In this document: positions 58,222-64,000 of the stretch, in pieces
How positions within the stretch are numbered: position 1 is the first letter of the stretch
Layout of the letters: every line of letters begins with the position of its first letter
Source: Pseudomonadota bacterium
Lineage (GTDB): Bacteria; Pseudomonadota; Gammaproteobacteria; Burkholderiales; JABEVD01
Direction of reading: 5' to 3'
NCBI GenBank assembly: GCA_021802545.1
Contig: JAJZRS010000015.1
Location: 2,239 to 66,238 of the forward strand
DNA: 64,000 bases
The notes under the pieces: model-generated
What the model saw: the letters and a program-made list of their open reading frames with translations, nothing else
What the model was told of the DNA's origin: nothing
The model's database searches: none
Translations under genes and position numbers: made by a program

Positions 58222-58250
58222 TTTACAGGAAGGATTTGGATCAGTATAAT
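58222..58250 (+). promoter_or_regulatory. Candidate sigma70 promoter for the tRNA-Ala/tRNA-Glu pair (TTTACA-17-TATAAT)
   Basis: TTTACA at 58222-58227 and TATAAT at 58245-58250, 12 nt upstream of the tRNA-Ala 5' end. Confidence 0.55.
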
Positions 58251-58262
58251 TTTCGTTTTTGT

Positions 58263-58338
<76 letters not shown>

Positions 58339-58350
58339 GGAAGTTTTCCT

Positions 58351-58426
58351 GTCCCCATCGTCTAGAGGCCTAGGACACCGCCCTTTCACGGCGGCGACAC
58401 GAGTTCGAATCTCGTTGGGGACGCCA
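58351..58426 (+). tRNA. tRNA-Glu (TTC)
   Basis: GTCCCCATCGTCTAGAGGCCTAGGACACCGCCCTTTCACGGCGGCGACACGAGTTCGAATCTCGTTGGGGACGCCA. Anticodon loop is CTTTCAC. Confidence 0.95.
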
Positions 58427-58462
58427 GACAAAACAACCACTTGAAGGAAGCAACAATCCAAG

Positions 58463-58484
58463 TGGGGTAAAATTGGGGTAAAAT
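58463..58484 (+). repeat. Perfect tandem duplication of an 11-mer (TGGGGTAAAAT x2)
   Basis: Read directly: gTGGGGTAAAATTGGGGTAAAATccc, 37 nt after tRNA-Glu. Preceded by the 7-bp inverted repeat CCACTTG (58437-58443) / CAAGTGG (58459-58465). Confidence 0.8.
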
Positions 58485-58496
58485 CCCGCAAATGAA

Positions 58497-58522
58497 AAGC
58501 CCGGATAATTCCGGGCTTTTTT
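58497..58522. terminator. Bidirectional rho-independent terminator between the tRNA pair and the BRCT gene
   Basis: gAAAAGCCCGG-ATAATT-CCGGGCTTTTTTg. The T-run serves the plus strand; the A-run reads as CTTTTC on the minus strand. Confidence 0.7.
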
Positions 58523-58553
58523 GCTTTTGCCTCTGGAATTGTTTCAGCGCGAT

Positions 58554-59183
58554 TCATTCAGCCAATTTAGATATCCAGTGGGACTCGCTTACAATGTATA
58601 GCCCCGCGCCCTTCTCTACATACTCCACTGCCTTTGCGATTTTTGCCCCAAAGGTTGAATGCTGCCAATGTTCCGAGCCTATAGAGCCGATCACAAGGTA
58701 ATGAAGCTTCTTCGTTACACCATCCAAGCATACGCCTCCCCGCTTTATAACTGCCTGCTTACATTGCTCGCGTGACCCAAATTCAAAAACTCCTGTAAAG
58801 CAGAATGTTCTTGAAGAGAATTCAATTTCCGGGATCGGGGAAGTAAAGGGAAGGCTAGTCGGGGTAATTGCACCTTGGTTGTCAGGCTTCGCTATCTTCA
58901 TCACCAAATCAAGCAATTCTCTTTCTTCCTGGTCATCAAGAACGCCGTCTTCCAGAACTTTACGCAGCCTATCGTTGAGAACGTTTGCTGGCCACATATC
59001 TAGACACTCAATATGATGATTTAGCCAATTAAGAATGCCCTCGGCTTCATTCTGATCGATATGTCCATCAAATAGAGCTGCCTTGCATATCCCGATCAAC
59101 TCATCAATTTGACGTTTTGCCACCCTTTCCCCATGAACTATGTTTAGAAAATACTCGCTTGGCTTCTTCACTTCCCCTCCCAA
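58554..59183 (-). CDS. TerB-like N-terminal domain fused to a BRCT domain, unknown function
   Basis: 209 aa. N-terminus: AALFDGHIDQNEAEGILNWL...DGVLDDQEERELLDLV (TerB/DjlA-N-like D-G-x-I-D-x-x-E pattern). C-terminus: SRTFCFTGVFEFGSREQCKQAVIKRGGVCLDGVTKKLHYLVIGS...IVSESHW, which aligns well with the LigA BRCT domain. The track start is TTG 59183. GTG 59171 behind GGGAGGGGAA is a better start. Confidence 0.65.
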   Translation of the reverse strand: MGGEVKKPSEYFLNIVHGERVAKRQIDELIGICKAALFDGHIDQNEAEGILNWLNHHIECLDMWPANVLNDRLRKVLEDGVLDDQEERELLDLVMKIAKPDNQGAITPTSLPFTSPIPEIEFSSRTFCFTGVFEFGSREQCKQAVIKRGGVCLDGVTKKLHYLVIGSIGSEHWQHSTFGAKIAKAVEYVEKGAGLYIVSESHWISKLAE

Positions 59184-59574
59184 TCATTCGTGTTGGAAAT
59201 ATATCTACAACTTCCAATTATGGCTTAGGACTTCTTGATCGCAAGTATCATGAAGATCGCAACAGGAGATAGAACATGCGCACAGGCAGGCACGATATTC
59301 TTTACACCTGGTCACAATCCAGGGGATGTGGATTTAATTGATGGAAAGCGCGATCGGAGGTCAGCATTCTTGCCGACAAACATCTGGTCAACGTCGGATA
59401 ATGACGCGGTGACACAAGATCCGCTGTCTCTCTGCCGATGATCGATAATGGGCTTTAGCGTGGCCAGATGCTTGGCGCCTCTTGGCGCTTCACCTGGTCG
59501 AGTACCATGAGACTCTTCAGCCCATATCGGATATCAATGAACAGCACCTGGACGGGAGCATTCACTGGAGGAAA

Positions 59575-59949
59575 TCAAAGTGTCTGATTCAGTTTGCGGC
59601 CTGCTTGACCCCTATTCTCCTCCAGCCAGCTCTGAATCTTTTCGTGGGCTGATCCAATTCTGTTGTACATCGTCACCTTTGAGCATCCGCAATCTACTGC
59701 TTTTTGCACAGTAGTTCCTTTCCCCAGGTAGAAAATTTTGACCGTTGTCTGCAGCAGATCATCGAGCGATCGCACTGCCTGGTCGATTTCCCAAGCCCCA
59801 TCGTTAAACTCAGCTGAAAGGCCCCTGCCGCCCCTGGCCTCAAGTCGGCAATACGAGGCTTCACGAGGAAACCCTATATTCGATGTCCTTCCAGACAAAC
59901 ACCAGATGGCCCAGCGATTCATCCTGTTATCGATTTCAGAGTTTTTCAC
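59575..59949 (-). CDS. Phage antitermination protein Q-like (sigma region-4-like HTH)
   Basis: 124 aa. NRWAIWCLSGRTSNIGFPREASYCRLE...DGAWEIDQAVRSLDDLLQTTVKIFYLGKGTTVQKAVDCGCSKVTMYNRIGSAHEKIQSWL. This matches my recollection of the Phage_antitermQ family pattern (W-x-x-W, G-(F/Y)-P, ID-x-AV, C-terminal HTH). Confidence 0.55.
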   Translation of the reverse strand: MKNSEIDNRMNRWAIWCLSGRTSNIGFPREASYCRLEARGGRGLSAEFNDGAWEIDQAVRSLDDLLQTTVKIFYLGKGTTVQKAVDCGCSKVTMYNRIGSAHEKIQSWLEENRGQAGRKLNQTL

Positions 59950-59970
59950 TTCTAAATCCTGTGCGGCTCA

Positions 59971-60531
59971 TCAGTTAGCCAACCTTATCACATCATTCAA
60001 CGTCTGACGAATTACCTCACGCAACTCGCGCTCAACAGCCCATGGATCAGTCATTCCAGAAATCTTATGCGACATCTCAGCGGGTATTTTAAGAAATCGA
60101 TCGGTCAACAAATCTATCGTAGCCCTGCAGGCATGAAACACTCTGTCGCGCTCTACCAGGGATGCGGATTTCTCTTCGAGTTCGAGCTCTGCAATCATTG
60201 CAAGAGCCCCTTCTCTTCTGGTCTTGTTTTCCCAGTATTTCGGATCCGATGCCCTAGATTCACCCTCTACGCCAGGTCGACCGAACAGACTGCTATGACC
60301 TACATCTCGCTCGGCTCTGTTAAAGGCATGAAGATCACGAATATATTCCTTTGCCGGATCTGCGGTATGTTTGAGCGCTTTCAGTGTCTCTCGAACAGCT
60401 ATACGCTTTCCATCAGGGGAAAAAGTAAGCCTCCCTTGCTTTTTTAGCTTTGTGATATAGCTTGGACTCCACCCCATCATTGCAGCAAATTGAGATTTGA
60501 GCAAATATTGATCTTCCTCAATTCCGTCCAT
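59971..60531 (-). CDS. Phage terminase small subunit, Nu1-like (N-terminal HTH)
   Basis: 186 aa. HTH LLKSQFAAMMGWSPSYITKLKKQGRL, then a helical region (KTRREGALAMIAELELEEKSASLVERDRV...IPAEMSHKISGMTDPWAVERELREVI). This resembles the Nu1-type TerS organisation. Confidence 0.5.
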   Translation of the reverse strand: MDGIEEDQYLLKSQFAAMMGWSPSYITKLKKQGRLTFSPDGKRIAVRETLKALKHTADPAKEYIRDLHAFNRAERDVGHSSLFGRPGVEGESRASDPKYWENKTRREGALAMIAELELEEKSASLVERDRVFHACRATIDLLTDRFLKIPAEMSHKISGMTDPWAVERELREVIRQTLNDVIRLAN

Positions 60532-60540
60532 TCGACAGAC

Positions 60541-62304
60541 TCATGACGGGCTCATTGCATGGGCGATACGCACTCCAACCGAGGCGTTCTTGTCATTTTT
60601 CGCGGTAACCCTGGTTCCCGCAGGGGCGTTCTTCAGAGCCACTTCGACATGGACTTTCTGCGGCTGCGGGGACGCGCCTCCGTTCACGGCTTGCGAATCA
60701 ATATTGTGCGCGCGCCGCAAATATGCCTGCGTCTCGCTTGGAAGAACGACTATATTGCGCCCAGAAGCAATGAATCTGTCCGCAACTCCCGGGCCTCCAT
60801 TGTAGGCGGCAAGAATAGCGTCTTCGTCATTGCCGTATCTTTTTTGCAGGGCACCCAAAACAGCGCTTGCGGCTGCTTTGTTGTAATCTGGATCGGTAAG
60901 CCGTGCCGGATCGAAGCCATATTGAATTGCCGTTCCGGGCATGATCTGGTAGCGTCCAATAGCACCTTTCGGAGAAATCGCATTATCACCGCTTCTCTCC
61001 AATTTCTTAACCAGGCCGAGCAGCCCCGGAATCGCGAGCGCATCTTTCCTCTGAAGCTTGAATCCCTCGGGAATGCTGACAGAATGAGTCCCATCGGCAT
61101 TGTATTTTATCGGAGCAAGGGGAGGCAACGCGCCATATTTAGGCATCGCGCTTTTCACTCCCCTCAATTTGTCGATAGAATCACCCAGCTTATTTGCCCA
61201 GTAATACGCGCCGCCAAGAGCTACGCTTATCGCCCCGACTGCAGCAAGCACCGGGTTTGCCCACATCACCAAACCCAGAGTGGTAAGCGATGCGGTAAGG
61301 CTTACGACACTTGAAAGGAGCGGACCCGCCAGAACGAGACCAATCCCAATCATTCCTGCCTTCCATTGTTCCCAGTTCGTGTTCTTGAGCGCATCCGCCA
61401 GCTTCTGGACGAATTCGGTGATCTTGCTGGAAATGAGTTGCTTGTTTTTCGAGATCCACGCGCCCAGCTTTTCCAGCAACGGCCCCAAGACCGGAACCAG
61501 ATCGTTTCCGATGGTGTTCCTCAGATTCGTCAGCGTCATGTCGAAGCGCATCATGTTTTCGTTGTAGCGATTGGCCGCCTCGATCTGGGCCGGCGTCATG
61601 ATCAGCCCCAGCTTTCTGGCTTTCTGGATATAGGCATCGATCCCCTTCGACCCCTTCTGCAGCAGGTAGAGCATCGATTCCACCCCCATTGTCCGGGCCA
61701 CCAGGGCCTCAGCCTGGACGTTTCCCTTGAATGCCGGGTTTTGCAGAGCGTTCGCAATGTCCCGAAATGCCCTGGTCGCGTCGACCGCGCCGGATTTCGT
61801 GCGATGCATGGAAATGCCGAGTTGATTCATCATCTGTATGGCTCTTGGGTTCCTGCCGTAGGTCGCATCCTCGAGGGTATCGCCCAGGCTCTTCAGCGCA
61901 CCGGTCATCGACTCCGACGAAAGGCCGGCCATTTTGGCAGCTCCCTGGAATTCCTGAAGGTTCGTCGTCGAAATGCCGAGGACTGACGATGTTCTCGTGA
62001 GCGAATTTCCCCATCTTCCGAACTGGGTAGCCAGGTCGACAACGCCGGCGACAGTTCCAACCCCAACAATGGCGGTAAGCGGAGCGACGATCGAACGGAT
62101 GTTTGACGAAACCTTTCCGGCTTTCTCCGAGACGTTCTTGAGATTGCGCCCGAAACGGTCGAGTCCAGCCTCCTTCGTCATTGCTTTCACAGAATTGCGG
62201 ATGTTTTCTATTGGACGTGTAACCTTGGCCAAGCGATCATTTAGCCTTCTGATATTAGCGGTAAATCTATCCTGAGCTGTGATACGAATTGCAAATTCGT
62301 TCAT
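60541..62304 (-). CDS. Phage tail tape-measure-like protein with C-terminal lytic transglycosylase (SLT) domain
   Basis: 587 aa. Helical N-terminal two thirds with a TMP-like core (LQEFQGAAKMAGLSSESMTGALKSLGDTLEDA...). Hydrophobic segments (GMIGIGLVLAGPLLSSVVSL...). SLT motifs ERSGDNAISPKGAIGRYQIMPGT...AAYNGGPG. Confidence 0.7.
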   Translation of the reverse strand: MNEFAIRITAQDRFTANIRRLNDRLAKVTRPIENIRNSVKAMTKEAGLDRFGRNLKNVSEKAGKVSSNIRSIVAPLTAIVGVGTVAGVVDLATQFGRWGNSLTRTSSVLGISTTNLQEFQGAAKMAGLSSESMTGALKSLGDTLEDATYGRNPRAIQMMNQLGISMHRTKSGAVDATRAFRDIANALQNPAFKGNVQAEALVARTMGVESMLYLLQKGSKGIDAYIQKARKLGLIMTPAQIEAANRYNENMMRFDMTLTNLRNTIGNDLVPVLGPLLEKLGAWISKNKQLISSKITEFVQKLADALKNTNWEQWKAGMIGIGLVLAGPLLSSVVSLTASLTTLGLVMWANPVLAAVGAISVALGGAYYWANKLGDSIDKLRGVKSAMPKYGALPPLAPIKYNADGTHSVSIPEGFKLQRKDALAIPGLLGLVKKLERSGDNAISPKGAIGRYQIMPGTAIQYGFDPARLTDPDYNKAAASAVLGALQKRYGNDEDAILAAYNGGPGVADRFIASGRNIVVLPSETQAYLRRAHNIDSQAVNGGASPQPQKVHVEVALKNAPAGTRVTAKNDKNASVGVRIAHAMSPS

Positions 62305-62687
62305 TCCAGCCCCCCAGTATTCTCAACGAGGTTGGAAAACTGATTTGTCATCGTATCAAGAGAGCGCAACTTGTATTTTGAGAGATATTCCCGAGGATCT
62401 ACACGACCTTCCATAAGCTGATTCAGCTCCTCAGGAAGTTTTAGCACCCCGAATGCACCTAGTGAAGCTTTTTTTGACAAAAGCTCCTTTATCGCCCAAG
62501 ACATTGCAATGTGGTTCACAATCCCATGTACAGCTTCCAGATGAATTTTTCCTCTAGCCCGACGCCATTCACTTGCACCTTGAACCAGGAGCTGCAACAG
62601 AGCTTCCGCAGCCTCTTGTTGCCCTTTAACGTCATTGGTCTTCAATTGCGTTTCCAGATTCTCGACTGCGGACTGCACGTTAATCAT
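62301..62687 (-). CDS. Hypothetical phage protein (position suggests a tail assembly chaperone)
   Basis: Preferred start is ATG 62687 behind TGGAGAAGATTG; the track start 62720 has no good RBS. Its stop overlaps the tape-measure start (ATGA). No family recognised. Confidence 0.5.
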   Translation of the reverse strand: MINVQSAVENLETQLKTNDVKGQQEAAEALLQLLVQGASEWRRARGKIHLEAVHGIVNHIAMSWAIKELLSKKASLGAFGVLKLPEELNQLMEGRVDPREYLSKYKLRSLDTMTNQFSNLVENTGGLE

Positions 62688-62832
62688 CAATCTTCTCCAA
62701 AATTTTGCAGACGTCTGCATGTATTAAGATACCTACCTTCTACCCTACTTACAGGACTATGTAAAAATATAAAATTGCCCGTGATTAAGGGTGATTTTGT
62801 ATTGCTTTCGCTGATTTGAATTTCGGCCGCCA

Positions 62833-63010
62833 GGGGAAAATATGTCGCGCCACAAAATAGGCTTTTCCATAATCCCATTCCCCAGAAAGCGCGCATTCTT
62901 GGGGAAATTCCCCAAGAATGCCGGACAAAAATCCTGAAAATGGGGAAACTCGGATTGAGCATTTATGCGGCCTTCGAGGAATTTTCCCCAACTTCCCCAA
63001 CTTCCCCAAT
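62833..63010. repeat. Array of eight GGGGAA/TTCCCC motifs, including a perfect 27-bp palindrome and three tandem 9-mers
   Basis: GGGGAA at 62833, 62901 and 62942. TTCCCC at 62878, 62908, 62984, 62993 and 63002. Palindrome CATTCTTGGGGAAATTCCCCAAGAATG at 62894-62920. Tandem TTCCCCAAC, TTCCCCAAC, TTCCCCAAT at 62984-63010. The region is otherwise non-coding. Confidence 0.85.
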
Positions 63011-63050
63011 AAAAAAATTACATCAGGAATATTTTGAACGGAATAAGCGG

Positions 63051-63674
63051 TCACGTTGCATCCGTTGCCGAAAGATCCCCCGTCATTGCCTTTAGGATGA
63101 TCTTGTAGGGTTTCAATATTGAGGCCAACCCGGAGAGCGTCCATGATGCGTCGAAGATCACGGCATCCTGGTTGAATTCGCCCATGAAATAGGCTGCAGT
63201 GCTTACGGATCCACCGGAGGCGTCCGCATCATCAGCCAAAACAGCGATTGGATTCTGGCTGCCGTCTGTTGCAGTCTTGATCGACTCGACATAATTTCCG
63301 GAACCAGCAGAAATGGCTATCGTGAATGAATCACCAGCTGCCATGGGAGTGGTTCCTGAAGTGAAAGTAAATGCAATTAGCTTATCGATGTAAGCCCCAG
63401 CTGCAGTTCCGGGATTGAGTTGCTTTCCTGCTGGGTCAATCACCTCGAATGCCGTGGCGCCTGTAAACTGAATCTGGTACTGCCCGACAATTGCCAATGA
63501 ACCCGTGCTCACCAGAGTAATCGTTCCATTTCCAGTATTCGTACCGGCTACTGGGGCACCAGCAGCACCGACCGTCTGCTGCCCAAGGATGGTGCCGCGC
63601 TTCAGAGTGCCTGATCCGAGCGTAATGCTCTCGGTGATGAGTTTCAGATTTCCTGCAATCAGCTGATCTGGCAA
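63051..63674 (-). CDS. Phage head decoration protein (lambda gpD-like family), possibly N-terminally damaged
   Basis: 207 aa. PDQLIAGNLKLITESITLGSGTLKRGTILG matches the family N-terminal pattern as I recall it. The only start is TTG 63674, with no RBS, and an in-frame TAG lies 10 codons upstream. Confidence 0.55.
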   Translation of the reverse strand: MPDQLIAGNLKLITESITLGSGTLKRGTILGQQTVGAAGAPVAGTNTGNGTITLVSTGSLAIVGQYQIQFTGATAFEVIDPAGKQLNPGTAAGAYIDKLIAFTFTSGTTPMAAGDSFTIAISAGSGNYVESIKTATDGSQNPIAVLADDADASGGSVSTAAYFMGEFNQDAVIFDASWTLSGLASILKPYKIILKAMTGDLSATDAT

Positions 63675-63894
63675 ATAGGCATTCGCTGATACGCCAGGAG
63701 CCTAAGCATTGTCCGATATAGAAGTTACATTCAGAGTCACATCAAAATCCTTTTCAAATTTTAGGGAGTAGCCCTTAACGGGGGCTATGCGGCCAGGTCA
63801 CTTTCCTTCACCAGGCTAGATCAGGTGAAGACGGAGTTCATGAAAGCCCTTGCTGCCGGCGTTTTTCTCCACCTCCGGCTGGGAGTGAGCACCA

Positions 63895-64000
63895 TCAGTG
63901 CAATTCGGTGATTTTGAGCTCGCGCTCCTGCTCACTGTTGATTTTCACCACGGGAGCTTCATCAAATTCGATGTTTTGACTTTTCTGTGTCGCTGACTGA
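63895..64000 (-). CDS. 3' end of an unidentified phage gene (5' part beyond window)
   Basis: My minus-strand translation from the window edge reads QSATQKSQNIEFDEAPVVKINSEQERELKITELH, then TGA at 63895-63897. Its position upstream of the decoration gene would fit a protease or scaffold, but there is no sequence evidence for that. Confidence 0.3.
   Translation of the reverse strand, partial: QSATQKSQNIEFDEAPVVKINSEQERELKITELH

Larger units (their letters stand above)
58427..64000. mobile_element. tRNA-Glu-adjacent genomic island / degraded mosaic prophage (right end beyond window)
   Basis: Composition becomes visibly AT-richer immediately after tRNA-Glu (by eye, not computed). All genes are on the minus strand. 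Phage-type genes are present (Q-like, TerS-like, tape measure with SLT, head decoration) in a non-canonical order. No integrase, TerL, portal or major capsid is visible in this part. Confidence 0.7.

Noticed and set aside
59184-59574. ORF 59235-59441 (68 aa, plus strand) and several 20-36-codon ORFs on both strands in the gap between the BRCT and Q-like genes (candidate lysis, toxin or integrase remnants).
   Set aside because: There are no convincing RBSs, no TM helices or recognisable motifs, and the translations look random. The region is left as non-coding or degraded sequence.
62833-63010. Possible CRISPR array.
   Set aside because: The repeats are only 6-9 nt, in both orientations, partly contiguous, and lack regular spacers. 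No cas genes are present. I saw no other CRISPR-like periodicity in the window.
62785-63144. 119-aa and 91-aa minus-strand ORFs (62785-63144, 62687-62962) covering the motif-rich gap.
   Set aside because: One overlaps the decoration gene by 94 nt. Neither has an RBS. Their apparent length is produced by the low stop-codon content of the GGGGAA/TTCCCC repeats, and the translations are repetitive (GKLGKLGK...).
63822-63896. 24-codon minus-strand ORF (MVLTPSRRWRKTPAARAFMNSVFT) overlapping the stop of the partial upstream gene in a TGATG arrangement.
   Set aside because: It is very short and highly basic, with no supporting features beyond the overlap. It cannot be distinguished from chance.

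Overview
The window is mostly core chromosome from a moderately GC-rich proteobacterium. Gene order (tig-clpP-clpX-lon-hupB-tRNAVal-tRNAAsp-ppiD, rpsF-priB-rpsR-rplI-dnaB-gltX) looks betaproteobacterial, but that is inference only; no database search was possible. All calls rest on my own reading of the ORF-track proteins and the DNA: motifs, start and stop geometry, RBSs and hairpins.

Layout, left to right:
- 1-4428: EPS export cluster (Wzc-like, Wza-like, OM barrel, odd secreted low-complexity protein).
- 4546-7188: lapG-lapD c-di-GMP/protease pair.
- 7172-12733: yejABEF-type peptide importer.
- 12811-22545: fabI, ppiD, tRNA-Asp, tRNA-Val, hupB, lon, clpX, clpP, tig, tRNA-Leu.
- 22629-25181: SiaA/SiaB/SiaC-like partner-switch cassette with a CBS sensor, no diguanylate cyclase, and an unknown coupled fourth gene; glgP follows.
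- 27704-35528: tightly coupled three-gene operon (P-type ATPase, ACP-acyl-AMP ligase-acyltransferase fusion, LonC-like protease).
- 35583-43081: cysM, esterase, a Tat-exported transglutaminase-fold protein with Ser in place of the catalytic Cys, comEC, and a second P-type ATPase.
- 43082-47625: marR-OMF-emrA-emrB efflux operon.
- 47645-58426: two small unknown genes, an Mla/MCE-type ABC system, rmuC, the ribosomal protein/dnaB/gltX block, an HDOD protein, tRNA-Ala and tRNA-Glu.
- 58427-64000: a visibly AT-richer island starting right after tRNA-Glu. It carries a TerB-like/BRCT protein, a mosaic and apparently decaying set of phage genes (Q-like, TerS-like, tape measure with SLT domain, head decoration), and a dense array of GGGGAA/TTCCCC motifs with a perfect 27-bp palindrome.

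The best candidates for something undescribed are the Sia-like cassette with its orphan output gene, the ATPase/lipid-enzyme/protease operon, and the island cargo and motif array. No CRISPR array, rRNA or intact transposon was seen.
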